59,809 nucleotides of DNA from a virus. Lineage: Duplodnaviria; Caudoviricetes. Shown piece by piece: positions 16,982 to 26,634 of the stretch. The notes below the pieces were generated by a model. The model was not told the DNA's origin. It saw only the letters and a list, made by a program, of their open reading frames with translations, and searched no databases. The DNA is taken from the IMG/VR virus record IMGVR_UViG_3300020181_000014, positions 1 to 59,809 of that record. One strand, written 5' to 3'. The stretch's first letter is position 1. Each line of letters opens with the position of its first letter. Made by a program: the position numbers and the translations under genes.

Positions 16982-18184
16982 ATGCCGCAACTCAGCAACG
17001 AGCAAATCCGCGGCATTCTCGATCCGATATCACCACTCGGTCTGTTGGACGCTCCCGGCGCGCAGATGAGTGCATATGAGCCAAGCATTCGTGATCGCAT
17101 TGGTTATCTGCTCTACGACCAGGCCATTGCTGCGGGCTTTCCTGAGATAGCCAACCGGCTGCGCAATGAAGGCACGCTGGCTGCTGATGTTCTCCCGGGC
17201 TTGGGTGAGACGATGGGCGCCGAGGACACGTCCAGAGCCCTCGAAGCTGGCAACTATGGACAGGCTGCTCTTAACGCAGGAACCACCGCATTGGGTGCAA
17301 TTCCCGGTGGCGGTGATGTCGCTGCCGGTTTGGTGAAGGCCATTTTTGGAGGAGTGGGGGCGAAGACCGCAGACAGGGCCGCTCTCATGAAGGCTCAGGA
17401 GCTTGCCCAAACAGGTGCGCCTCGTGAAGATATCTGGCGCGAGACCGGATGGTTTCAGGGTCCGGACGAACGCTGGCGCTTTGAGATTGATGATAGTACG
17501 GCGCACATCAAGGGCGTCGGCTCAATGGGCGAAATCACAGGGCGCCGAGGTGGATCATTAAACGATGTGTTTTTCCATCGTGGGCTTGGTGCTGCTTATC
17601 CTGAAATAGGGGAAATCGCAGTGCGTGGTCTAGACACACCACAGGCCGGAATGAAGGGATATTACAAGCCTGGGGACATGCTTGATCCTGACATCTCCCC
17701 CGAACTGGCCATCAGCAATAGTCTCGGGGGCCAAGATCAACGCAGCACCATGCTCCATGAACTGCAACACGCGGTTCAGATGAGAGAGGGTTTTGCGCGT
17801 GGTGCCCACCCTGATGAATATGCTAGCGGCGCGATGTTTCACGAGAGGGCGCGGGGTCTTCAGGGCGAGTTAAGCAAGGCTTTGACTGGTGGCTTGACTG
17901 CCAGCCCTCGGGAAATCCTTCAGAACGTGAAGTATGCAGACCCGGCAGAGATCTCCGAAATTGCGGCAAAGCATGGCTTCCGTTCCGTGGACGAAGCTCT
18001 CGCCTTCCTGAAGCAGCAGGACGAGATGCGCACTCCAATGAGCCAGTACAAGCGCACTGCGGGCGAGGTCGAAGCACGCAATGTGCAGAGCCGCATGAAC
18101 ATGACCCCTGATCAGCGCCGAGCCACACCGCCATGGGAAACCATGGATGTGCCACTCGAACAGCAGATCGTCAGAACCAAGTAG
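16982..18184 (+). CDS. LPD23-associated zincin metallopeptidase (polyvalent-protein type)
   Basis: IWRETGWF.G.D.RWRFEIDD, HELQH, GEVEARNVQ.R. Confidence 0.75.
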   Translation: MPQLSNEQIRGILDPISPLGLLDAPGAQMSAYEPSIRDRIGYLLYDQAIAAGFPEIANRLRNEGTLAADVLPGLGETMGAEDTSRALEAGNYGQAALNAGTTALGAIPGGGDVAAGLVKAIFGGVGAKTADRAALMKAQELAQTGAPREDIWRETGWFQGPDERWRFEIDDSTAHIKGVGSMGEITGRRGGSLNDVFFHRGLGAAYPEIGEIAVRGLDTPQAGMKGYYKPGDMLDPDISPELAISNSLGGQDQRSTMLHELQHAVQMREGFARGAHPDEYASGAMFHERARGLQGELSKALTGGLTASPREILQNVKYADPAEISEIAAKHGFRSVDEALAFLKQQDEMRTPMSQYKRTAGEVEARNVQSRMNMTPDQRRATPPWETMDVPLEQQIVRTK

Positions 18185-18214
18185 CGATCGGGCCTAGTCC
18201 CAATCCCGAACAGC

Positions 18215-18236
18215 GGCCGCCTTGTGCGGCCTTTTT
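18215..18236 (+). terminator. Intrinsic terminator
   Basis: GGCCGC-cttgt-GCGGCC followed by T5. Confidence 0.7.
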
Positions 18237-18251
18237 CATGAGCAGTAGCTG

Positions 18252-20411
18252 ATGGCCGAACCAACCAATCCAGATGCTGAGACGCCGACAAGGCTCCTCG
18301 ATGACGAGGGTCTATTCGCGCGCCTCAAGGACTGGTTCACGGATGACTATGAGCACCATTGCGAATGGCTCAACGGCGTTGAGGAGAACGACGACACGCG
18401 CATAGAGGGCGGGGCAAAGGAAGATTACGAGTTCGTCTCCGGTCATCAGTGGGATGCCGAAACCCTGACTGTCATGCGCGACCAGAACAGGCCAACGCCT
18501 GTCTTCAACCTGGTGGAATCCAGAATTGATGCTGTCACCGGCTTCGAGGTCTCCAATCGGCAGGAAACACGCTATCTCCAGCGCAAGTTGGGTGGTACCG
18601 GCGTCAATGAGGTTCTCTCCGCCGCAGTCAAGTGGTTCCGCGACCAGACCGATGCTGAGGACGAGGAATCCGACGCCTTCCGCGATGCAGTGATCTGCGG
18701 CAAGGGCTGGACCGAAACCCGCATTGACTATGAGACAAACCCGGATGGCGATCCGCGCATTGAACGCATCGATCCGTTCGAGATATTCCCGAACAGGTAT
18801 TCGCAGAAGCCCAATTTCGCCGATGCCAATCGGGTCTGGCGCATCCGCAAGATGTCCTTTGACGAAGCCACTGCGATGTTCCCGGATGCAGATCCGGAGA
18901 TGCTGTCGGCCGGCTGGGCTCTGTCGGATCAGTCAGAGCCCTATCACCAGAACCCGCTCGATGACTACACGTTCGAGCACAGCACGAATGGCAACGTTCC
19001 CGACTGCACGATCATTGAATGCCAGTGGTGGGAGCGGGAGCCTTACGTTCGATATGTGGACGGCAATTCGGGCGAGGTCATTGAGGTAACGCTGGACGAG
19101 TTTTCCACGTTGATGGATCGCTTGCAGGCCATACCGCCTGAGCAGCTCATGATGATGGGCGTCATGCCTCCCAAGCAGATGGTGACGCAGTATCGACGTG
19201 TGTATCGCCGGGCATTCGTCGGCGCTTCCCTGCTCGATGTGAAGCCGGTCCCGGTTGAGGGTAATTTCACCTACAAGGCCATCACCGGCAAGCGGGATCA
19301 GACCAGAGGCCATTTCTACGGCCTTGTCAGGGTGATGAAGGACCCGCAGCGCTGGACGAACAAGCTGTTCAGCCAGATCATGCACATCCTCAACACGAAT
19401 GCCAAGGGCGGCCTGATTGCCGAGCGTGGTGCATTCGAGGATGACCGGCAGGCCATGGAGGACTGGGCCAAGGCGGATTCGATTGTCTGGACTGAGGATG
19501 GAGCGCTTTCCAACCCGAGCGGCCCCAAGGTCATGCCAAAGCCCGGGACGCCCTATCCGCAGGGCCAGGAGCAGATGCTGAACTTCGCCATGGGCGTCAT
19601 GCCGCTGGTGACGGGCGTGAGCCTTGAGTTCATGGGCACCCGAGAGGTCGATCAGCCCGGCGTTCTGGAGCATCAGCGCACCCAGCGCACGCTCAATGTG
19701 CTCGCAACCCTGTTCGATAGTCTGCGCCGCTATCGCAAGGAGCAGGGCAGGCTCATGCTGGGCTTGATCCAGAAGTATCTATCGGATGGACGCTTGGTCA
19801 AGATCGTAGACAAGGATCAGGTGCAGTTTCTGCCGCTCGATCGCTCGCTGACATTGGGCGAATACGAAGTGATCGTGGACGAAGCGCCGACCTCACCGAA
19901 TGCCAAGGAGCGCAACTGGGGCATTATCACCTCGATGCTGCCTTTGATCCAGCCGGTAATGACGCCGCAGATCGCCGCCGGCCTGTTCCGGTATTCGCCG
20001 CTGCCTGAGAATGTCGCCTCGCAGATCACGGAAAGCTTGCTTCAAGAGCCGCCGCCGCCTCCTCCTGAGGCCAAGGCAATGGAACAACTGATGCAGCAGC
20101 TTCAGACGGCCGGGTTCCTGGCCAATATCGACAAGGATGCCGCTTCCGCCGAGAAGCAGCGTTCGGATGCCCTTTTCAAGCAGGCCGAGACATTCGCGAA
20201 ATTTGGGCAGTTCATGCAGATGGTGAACCCGAATCTGCCCATGGCTCCGGTTCCGTCAGGTCCGGTTCCGGGAATGAATATGCCGCAGGGCGCGATGACA
20301 CCTCAGGTGCCGGGGATGGGCGCTCCAATGCATCCCCAAGCGCCTCAGATGCCAGCGCAGCAGTTCCCGCCCATGCCACCGCAACAGCCGCCGATGCCGG
20401 CAGGTTTCTAG
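18252..20411 (+). CDS. Portal protein (P22-like)
   Basis: DYEF..G.QW...RP..VFN; 719 aa with Q/P-rich tail; position. Confidence 0.9.
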   Translation: MAEPTNPDAETPTRLLDDEGLFARLKDWFTDDYEHHCEWLNGVEENDDTRIEGGAKEDYEFVSGHQWDAETLTVMRDQNRPTPVFNLVESRIDAVTGFEVSNRQETRYLQRKLGGTGVNEVLSAAVKWFRDQTDAEDEESDAFRDAVICGKGWTETRIDYETNPDGDPRIERIDPFEIFPNRYSQKPNFADANRVWRIRKMSFDEATAMFPDADPEMLSAGWALSDQSEPYHQNPLDDYTFEHSTNGNVPDCTIIECQWWEREPYVRYVDGNSGEVIEVTLDEFSTLMDRLQAIPPEQLMMMGVMPPKQMVTQYRRVYRRAFVGASLLDVKPVPVEGNFTYKAITGKRDQTRGHFYGLVRVMKDPQRWTNKLFSQIMHILNTNAKGGLIAERGAFEDDRQAMEDWAKADSIVWTEDGALSNPSGPKVMPKPGTPYPQGQEQMLNFAMGVMPLVTGVSLEFMGTREVDQPGVLEHQRTQRTLNVLATLFDSLRRYRKEQGRLMLGLIQKYLSDGRLVKIVDKDQVQFLPLDRSLTLGEYEVIVDEAPTSPNAKERNWGIITSMLPLIQPVMTPQIAAGLFRYSPLPENVASQITESLLQEPPPPPPEAKAMEQLMQQLQTAGFLANIDKDAASAEKQRSDALFKQAETFAKFGQFMQMVNPNLPMAPVPSGPVPGMNMPQGAMTPQVPGMGAPMHPQAPQMPAQQFPPMPPQQPPMPAGF

Positions 20412-20433
20412 GCTCCTTTCGAGGGGCCTTTTT
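20410..20433 (+). terminator. Intrinsic terminator
   Basis: AGGCTCCT-ttcg-AGGGGCCT followed by a T run. Confidence 0.7.
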
Positions 20434-20438
20434 CGTAT

Positions 20439-20505
20439 CCGCCACGTGACGGCGGTTCGCAAGCGCTCGCGTGAGAAGCGCTTCCGTAGTGACCACGTAA
20501 CGGTC
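20439..20505 (+). promoter_or_regulatory. Scaffold 5' UTR hairpins with ACGUNAC loops
   Basis: CCGCC-acgtgac-GGCGG and GACC-acgtaac-GGTC. Confidence 0.55.
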
Positions 20506-20518
20506 TGAAAGAGGGAAA

Positions 20519-21475
20519 ATGGAACAGGACACCTTCACCTCCGATGCACTTTCGGAGGACGAGAAGTCATACTTCGAAAATAAGGGCGAAGTCGACGCGC
20601 CGGAGGTCGAAAACGAGCCTGAAACCGTCGAAAATGAGCCTGTAGAGACCGAAAATCCGCCAGAAACAGCGGCAAAATCGGACGACGACGCCGGCAAAAA
20701 GCAGGAAGATCAGCGCAAGGTGGACTATCGCGCCCTCCGCGAGGAGCGTGACAAGCGCCGGCAGCTCGAATCCCAGCTTCAGCAGCTGAATGATCAGCGC
20801 GCCCGGGACATGGAGCTCATCAACCAGCGTCTGGCCATCCTTCAGCAGCCGCCACAGCAGCCTCAACAGCCGCAGATCCCCGATCCTGAGGGCGATATCT
20901 TCGGAGCGGTCAAGTACACGGTCGACCAGCTGCAGGCCATGAAGCAGCAGCAGGAACAGGAGCGCATCCAGCACGCCAGGCAGGCGGAAGAGAACCGGCG
21001 CAGGGCAGCTTTTGAAAACCAGGTGGTTCAGACCTGGCGCAACACTGCCGCTGAGTTCGTACAGGAAGAGCCTACCTTCCCGGAGGCCTACGAATACATC
21101 AAGACGCAGCGCTACAAGGAACTGGTTGCGTCCGGAATGCCGGCTGATCACGCTGCGCGGCAGAGTTCCATAGACGAATTCAACTTCGTCGCTTCTCAGC
21201 TTCAAGGCGGTCGGAATCCGGCTGTTGCTTTGCTGGAAGTGGCAAAGGCCCGCGGGTGGGCACCGAAAGCACCCGTACAACCTCCCGCACATGAGCGGCT
21301 CCAGACGGTCAACGAAGGCCAGAAGGCGAATGCCTCTCTGTCTTCGGTTGGAACGGCTGGCTCGGCACGCGGGAAGCTCGATGCTCATGCACTTGCCAAG
21401 ATGAGCCAGGACGAATTCGAAGCCTTCATCGAGAAGAGGGGCGCGAAGGGGTTCAAAGCCATCCTTGGTGGCTGA
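20519..21475 (+). CDS. Capsid scaffolding protein
   Basis: Acidic N-terminus, V.Y.AL.EER.KR coiled coil, LAKMSQDEF C-terminus; lies between portal and capsid. Confidence 0.85.
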   Translation: MEQDTFTSDALSEDEKSYFENKGEVDAPEVENEPETVENEPVETENPPETAAKSDDDAGKKQEDQRKVDYRALREERDKRRQLESQLQQLNDQRARDMELINQRLAILQQPPQQPQQPQIPDPEGDIFGAVKYTVDQLQAMKQQQEQERIQHARQAEENRRRAAFENQVVQTWRNTAAEFVQEEPTFPEAYEYIKTQRYKELVASGMPADHAARQSSIDEFNFVASQLQGGRNPAVALLEVAKARGWAPKAPVQPPAHERLQTVNEGQKANASLSSVGTAGSARGKLDAHALAKMSQDEFEAFIEKRGAKGFKAILGG

Positions 21476-21483
21476 GTGATCGA

Positions 21484-21641
21484 AGGCGCAGAGACCGCCT
21501 CAACGTCTCCATCGTAACGCCCACGTCACGGGCGGAAGGCACAGGGGCCTTCTGAAACTACCCTCATCGGCCGCCTCCGTTATCGGGCGATTTCGCCGGT
21601 CCAGAGAGCGTCACTGGTCCCGTCCGCCGCGACGACACGCG
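21484..21641 (+). promoter_or_regulatory. Structured capsid 5' UTR (two pseudoknots plus CGUNA hairpins)
   Basis: Pairings 21484-88/21496-500 with 21491-95/21505-09; CGCCC-acgtcac-GGGCG; GAAGGC/GCCTTC with AGGG/CCCT. Confidence 0.5.
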
Positions 21642-21682
21642 CGCATCAACCCAACTCCGCAAATCCAGAAGGATCGGCCAAA

Positions 21683-22759
21683 ATGGCTACCACCACCTTT
21701 GGGGTCAATGACCCACTGGCGGTCAAGCTCTGGTCGCGGCGTCTTGATGTTGAAGCGCTCAAGCAGACCTTTTTCGCTTCTTACATCGGGACCACCGCCT
21801 CCTCGCTTGCCCAGGAAATGACTGAGCCCAAGAAGGGACCTGGCGACCAGGTTACCTGGGGGCTGCGCATGCTCGCTCACGGCGATGGCGTGTCGGAAGG
21901 ACAGGTTCTCGAAGGTAACGAAGAGAGCCTGACCATGTACTCCGATGCCATGGTCATCAACGAGTTGCGTCACGGCATTCGTGTCAAGAACAAGCAGACC
22001 ATCGATGCCCAGCGCGTTCCGTACGATCTCCGTGAGGAGGCCTACGAGACGCTCAAGGATTGGTGGGCGGATCGTCTCGATACGGCATTCTTCAACACGC
22101 TTGCGGGCAACACGGCTCAGACGAACGACAAGTACTACGGCTTCAATGCGCCGCTTGCTCCTTCGGCAAACCGTGTCATCCGCCCGGGCGGGAAGACGAC
22201 CGACCAGACCCTCGTGGCTGCGGACATCTTCACGCTGAACCTGATCGACAAGTGCGTCAACATCGCCAAGACGGCCAGCCCCATGCTGCGTCCGATCAAG
22301 GGTCTGGCGCGTGACGTTGACTACGTAATCTTCGTGCACCCGGATCAGGTTCTGTCGCTGCGTTCCGACACGGCGACGGTCGGCAACTGGTTCGACCTGC
22401 AGAAGGCCCGCTTGATGGGCGGCGAGAAGGATGGCTCGGCCCTCTACACGGGTGCCGTGGGTATCTACAACCGCACGCTGATCGTTGAGGCGACCCGCCT
22501 TCCCAAGGGCGTCAACTCGACCAACGCCACTCCGGTGGACCTCACGCGTCGTGCCGTCTTCTGCGGCGCTCAGGCGATGAGCGTGGCCTTCGGACAGGCC
22601 GGCAGCATGACGAAGTTCTCCTGGAGCGAGAAGCTCTTCGATTACGAGGACGAGCTCGGCGTCAAGGCCGGTCTGGTCTTCGGCATGAAGAAGGACCGCT
22701 ACGACAACGAGGACTTCGGCACCATCACTGTCCCGACCTACGCCGCTCCGGCTGTTTAA
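21683..22759 (+). CDS. Major capsid protein (N4-gp56 / DUF4043 family)
   Basis: FGVNDPLAVKLWS, GD.V...L, LEGNEESL, FCGAQA, DFG.I. Confidence 0.9.
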   Translation: MATTTFGVNDPLAVKLWSRRLDVEALKQTFFASYIGTTASSLAQEMTEPKKGPGDQVTWGLRMLAHGDGVSEGQVLEGNEESLTMYSDAMVINELRHGIRVKNKQTIDAQRVPYDLREEAYETLKDWWADRLDTAFFNTLAGNTAQTNDKYYGFNAPLAPSANRVIRPGGKTTDQTLVAADIFTLNLIDKCVNIAKTASPMLRPIKGLARDVDYVIFVHPDQVLSLRSDTATVGNWFDLQKARLMGGEKDGSALYTGAVGIYNRTLIVEATRLPKGVNSTNATPVDLTRRAVFCGAQAMSVAFGQAGSMTKFSWSEKLFDYEDELGVKAGLVFGMKKDRYDNEDFGTITVPTYAAPAV

Positions 22760-22777
22760 TCAGGAAAGGACAGAACA

Positions 22778-23161
22778 ATGGCTACCGGAACTCCGGGCAC
22801 CACTGCCCGTCAGTACTCGCTTCAGGTGGTCCACTATCTGCGCAAGGGTATCACCTTCGCAGACGGTGGCAAAACGGTTGATGTCGGCATTCTGCCGGCG
22901 GGCGCCGTTATCGTGAAGCCCATCTCTGGCGTTGCCGTCAGCACCGTGTTTGACGCGGGCACGCTGAACATCGGCATTGATGGCACCCCGGCCAAGTATG
23001 GCAGCGCACTGGCACTCAGCGCGCTTGCCTACGTGCCGATCGCCGCTGCGGTCTCGATGGCTGTCGACGTTGACACGCCCATCACTGCGGCTGTGACCGG
23101 TGCTCCTACTGCAGGGGCTGCCGAGATCATCATCGCCTACGTCGTCGACAACGACGGCTGA
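22778..23161 (+). CDS. Capsid decoration / cement protein
   Basis: Follows MCP; LPAGAVI...V.TVFDAG jelly-roll pattern. Confidence 0.7.
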   Translation: MATGTPGTTARQYSLQVVHYLRKGITFADGGKTVDVGILPAGAVIVKPISGVAVSTVFDAGTLNIGIDGTPAKYGSALALSALAYVPIAAAVSMAVDVDTPITAAVTGAPTAGAAEIIIAYVVDNDG

Positions 23162-23169
23162 TTGAACAC

Positions 23170-23204
23170 AGGGGGTGGCCTCCGGGCCGCCCCTATTCTC
23201 TTTT
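23170..23204 (+). terminator. Probable terminator after head genes
   Basis: GC stem GGGGTGGCC-tccg-GGCCGCCCC followed by a pyrimidine tail. Confidence 0.55.
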
Positions 23205-23223
23205 CCCGATCTGAGGCGGCGCG

Positions 23224-23874
23224 ATGAGCACACTGGGCGACATGAAGACGCGCATCCTCCAGACCACCAACCGCGACGATCTTGCGGACGCAGTGGCGCA
23301 GGAGATTTCCTCGGCGATCAAGTTCTATCGGGCCAAGCGCTTCTGGTTCAACGAGAAGCATGACGAGGTGATGTTCGACACCGTAGACGGTCGCGGCCGG
23401 TACGATGTGACGGACAATCCCAACATCCCGAACCTGTTCCGCATCGACTACATGACGGTCGAATTCAACGGGCGCGTTCTGCCGATCCGGCTTGAGCATC
23501 CAGAGGTGATCGATGTCCTCCTTGGCTCAAGCGCCATCGTCTACAACCCGCCTGTCTACTACTCCTATTACGACCAGGTTCTGCGCTTTTTCCCCATTCC
23601 GAATGCAGCCTATCCGATCCGCGTCGTGGCCGTGATCCGGATTCCTGAGCCTGCAACGGACGAGGAAGAGGACAATCCCTGGATGACGGACGGTGAAGAG
23701 CTGATCCGCTCCCGGGCAACCCGCTTTCTCTATGACAGCTGGATGGAAGATCCCGCCATGGCTGACCGGTGGGAGCGCAAGGAGCGCGAAGTCTACGCGC
23801 AGCTCCGGCGCGAGACCTCCAGCAGAACCCAGGTCACCCGCATTCGATCCGATACACAGGCCTGGAGGCGCTAG
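23224..23874 (+). CDS. Head-to-tail adaptor protein
   Basis: TL..MK.RI....NR.DL, P.YY, FFPIP...Y, N.W..DGEELI. Confidence 0.75.
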   Translation: MSTLGDMKTRILQTTNRDDLADAVAQEISSAIKFYRAKRFWFNEKHDEVMFDTVDGRGRYDVTDNPNIPNLFRIDYMTVEFNGRVLPIRLEHPEVIDVLLGSSAIVYNPPVYYSYYDQVLRFFPIPNAAYPIRVVAVIRIPEPATDEEEDNPWMTDGEELIRSRATRFLYDSWMEDPAMADRWERKEREVYAQLRRETSSRTQVTRIRSDTQAWRR

Positions 23875-25185
23875 ATGGTTGATTTTACCTCCTCACTGCG
23901 CCTCATCAAGCAGGAATACCGCTCCAATCCCGAATCCTGGGGCGGCGAGCTGAATGCCGGCGTCTTCGACATGGTGGATGAGGCGTTCCATCCTGTCGTG
24001 GTGCCAGTCGCGGCCAACGTCAATCTGACGGTGCAGAACGCTGTTTCCGATCAGTCCCGACGCATCCATCTGACATTCACCGGGGCAGGCGGCTTTACCG
24101 TCACTGCTCCCGGCGTGCCGAAGGTCTATTTCGTCCATAATCAATGCGCTGCCGACGTGCAGCTTGCAGTGGATGGTGGAGACAGCAAGCCTATTCGGGC
24201 GGGAACTGGCGTGTGGTTCTGGACGGATGGGGCAACGACCAACCTCTATGATCCGACGCTGGACAAGTTGCAGCCCGCAGCCGCAGATGTGTCGATAGGC
24301 GGCCAGAAGATCACCAATCTTGCGGACGGAACCGCTGATACCGATGCGGCCAATGTCGGGCAGGTCAACGCCATTGTAGCACAGGTTCAGGGTGATGCGG
24401 ACGCTGCTGCTGCATCTGCCGCCGCAGCCGCCATCTCGGAAGCGAATGCCGCCGCTTCAGAGGCAGCCACTCAGCTTCTCTATGACGACTTCCAGAAGCG
24501 CTATCTCGGGCCAAAGGCGGTTGATCCAACCGTAGACAACGAGGGCAATCCGCTCACTGTCGGCGCGCTTTATTTCAACACCACCGGCAACCAGATGCGG
24601 GTCTACACCGGTTCTGCGTGGATTATCATAGAACTGCCACCGATTGCCACTCAGCCACAGGCGGAAGCTGGTGTGGACAATACCACGATGATGACGCCGC
24701 TTCGCACCAAGCAGGCGATCGATGCGCTTGCTCCTGTTCCGGCATTCGAAAACAGACTTCTGCACGTCCGCGACGAGAAGCCATCCGGAACGAGCGGAGG
24801 CGATGCTGTCGTTGGTTGGAACAGCCGTGTTTTGAATACGGTCAAGACCAACCAGATTACCGGCGCATCGCTCGCAAGCAATCAGATCTCGCTGCCTGCG
24901 GGGACATACTTCATTGATGCCGTTTCGCCCGTATTCGGTGTGGGCGAAAGCGTGGCGCGGCTTCAGAATGTATCCGGACCAGAGATTCTGCGGGGCCAGA
25001 ATGGATACGCCACTGGCTCAAGCACGACTTGCTACTCTCGCATTACCGGGCGGTTCACCCTGGCGTCAACGACCAATCTCCGCATTCAACAGTACGCAGC
25101 CTTTTCCAATTTTGGCGGATTGGGAAACGCGGTCAGCCAAGGCACTGAAGTGTACACAAGCGTCATGATCTGGAAGGTGGCCTGA
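23875..25185 (+). CDS. Tail fibre protein
   Basis: LRL......WG...N anchor, KITNLADG...DAAN, Ala-rich coil, ATQ.QAEAG.DN...MTPL. Confidence 0.8.
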   Translation: MVDFTSSLRLIKQEYRSNPESWGGELNAGVFDMVDEAFHPVVVPVAANVNLTVQNAVSDQSRRIHLTFTGAGGFTVTAPGVPKVYFVHNQCAADVQLAVDGGDSKPIRAGTGVWFWTDGATTNLYDPTLDKLQPAAADVSIGGQKITNLADGTADTDAANVGQVNAIVAQVQGDADAAAASAAAAAISEANAAASEAATQLLYDDFQKRYLGPKAVDPTVDNEGNPLTVGALYFNTTGNQMRVYTGSAWIIIELPPIATQPQAEAGVDNTTMMTPLRTKQAIDALAPVPAFENRLLHVRDEKPSGTSGGDAVVGWNSRVLNTVKTNQITGASLASNQISLPAGTYFIDAVSPVFGVGESVARLQNVSGPEILRGQNGYATGSSTTCYSRITGRFTLASTTNLRIQQYAAFSNFGGLGNAVSQGTEVYTSVMIWKVA

Positions 25186-25186
25186 C

Positions 25187-25603
25187 ATGGATGCGGTTCT
25201 CATCATCAACGGGGTTGTCGACACGGTTGTTCGCGATTCCTCCATGGCCGATCTGCCGGAGCATCCCACCGGCTTCTGGGTCGAAGCGCCGTCTGGAGAG
25301 GTGTTTGGAGGCTTCACATATCAGGACGGGGTGTTCACGCCTCCCGCGCCACAGCCAACGCCCATCCCGGCTCAGGTGACGAAACGTCAGGCCAAGCTTG
25401 CGCTCCTCGGTGCCGGTCTTCTCGATGCCGTCGAAGCACATATCGCCGCCCTTGAAGGGCCAGAGGGACGCGCTGCCCAGATCGAATGGGCCGAAGCAAC
25501 CATGTTTCGTCGCGACCACCCGCTGGTCGTAAGCTTTGGTCCATCCCTCGGCCTGACGCCCGAGCAGATCGACAACCTCTTCCTCGCTGCTGCGGCGCTC
25601 TAA
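25187..25603 (+). CDS. Tail-fibre-associated / assembly protein
   Basis: VT.RQAKLALL...IEW..A..F.R..PLV....LGLT.EQID.LF. Confidence 0.75.
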   Translation: MDAVLIINGVVDTVVRDSSMADLPEHPTGFWVEAPSGEVFGGFTYQDGVFTPPAPQPTPIPAQVTKRQAKLALLGAGLLDAVEAHIAALEGPEGRAAQIEWAEATMFRRDHPLVVSFGPSLGLTPEQIDNLFLAAAAL

Positions 25604-25624
25604 AACCTTCTCGGAGATACGAAC

Positions 25625-26335
25625 ATGGCTACTGGCTTCGGCTCCCTCGGGGGCCTGGGTTCCTACACTTCTGCCTATCCGATGCGCACCAATGCGCCGG
25701 ATTCCCAGACTGTCGTGCACGATGACGAGCTCAACACAGAGTACCAGAAGTGGCTTGCTCAGAAACAAAACAGCCTTGGTTCAATGCAGAACCGCGACTA
25801 TGCATCGGATTTGGCAAATCGGGGATATGCACAGTTCCAACGGATGGGAGGGCCGGCTGACGATCCGCTGAGCAACCGATCAGTATGGGAACAGGCGGCA
25901 CAAAGCTACGTGCAGGGTGGGAACCCTGTTGCGGTAGGCCCGGATGGCGGCCGTTACCACGTTGGGAACTTCTTCGGGAACACCCTGGAGAATATGCAGC
26001 AAGGAGACCAGGCTGCCATTGCGGCGGTCCAGTCAGAAATTGCCCAACGGACGCAGCAGCACCAGCAGACCATGGCGGACCGTGGGGCCAATCAGCTGCG
26101 CCAGCAGCAGGCCTATAACTGGATGGAGGGCGGGAACCAGACCAATGGCCTGATGTCTCCTGATTATGCCAACGCCGGTTTCAACTCCATTTCCGGGCAA
26201 GCCAACCCGTTTGCCGGTCCTCCGGCCATTGATGGCGTGGGCATGGACTGGGCGTCCGGTGCCTATGACCCATCGAAGCAGACCGGGACAGGCTCCTACA
26301 TCCCAGCCTGGTGGTCTCAGCAGGGCGGTAAGTAG
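25625..26335 (+). CDS. Gly/Gln-rich putative virion protein
   Basis: GGAG SD; composition and location. Confidence 0.65.
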   Translation: MATGFGSLGGLGSYTSAYPMRTNAPDSQTVVHDDELNTEYQKWLAQKQNSLGSMQNRDYASDLANRGYAQFQRMGGPADDPLSNRSVWEQAAQSYVQGGNPVAVGPDGGRYHVGNFFGNTLENMQQGDQAAIAAVQSEIAQRTQQHQQTMADRGANQLRQQQAYNWMEGGNQTNGLMSPDYANAGFNSISGQANPFAGPPAIDGVGMDWASGAYDPSKQTGTGSYIPAWWSQQGGK

Positions 26336-26340
26336 CGATC

Positions 26341-26634
26341 ATGCGGATTTCCAAGGTGGTCCTGAGCGACGAGGAAGTTGTCGCCCGGGAGAGAGCAAAC
26401 GCGCGCCCAACCGAAGCAAAGGCCGATGTGGACAGGCGGATTGATGCAATCCTGAACGAGCGTTGCAAGCACCGTGAGGAAGCCCAGAAAGCCTATGACC
26501 GCGGTATTCCTGGAGCAATCAAGCGCCCACCTGAGAAGATTGCTGTCCTGAAGCCGTCCGGTCCTCCTGTGCGTGACGGTGCCTTCCCTGTCTACCGCGC
26601 TCCGCTCCAGCGTGATCGACCGAAACGCCCATGA
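26341..26634 (+). CDS. Hypothetical protein
   Basis: ATGA-coupled to nozzle gene. Confidence 0.55.
   Translation: MRISKVVLSDEEVVARERANARPTEAKADVDRRIDAILNERCKHREEAQKAYDRGIPGAIKRPPEKIAVLKPSGPPVRDGAFPVYRAPLQRDRPKRP

Noticed and set aside
21473-21683. Stop read-through fusing scaffold to capsid (TGA, 8-nt spacer, pseudoknot; genes in frame)
   Set aside because: In-frame TAA at 21515-17 blocks the fusion
23875-25185. Diversity-generating retroelement target
   Set aside because: No reverse transcriptase and no TR/VR repeat seen in the genome
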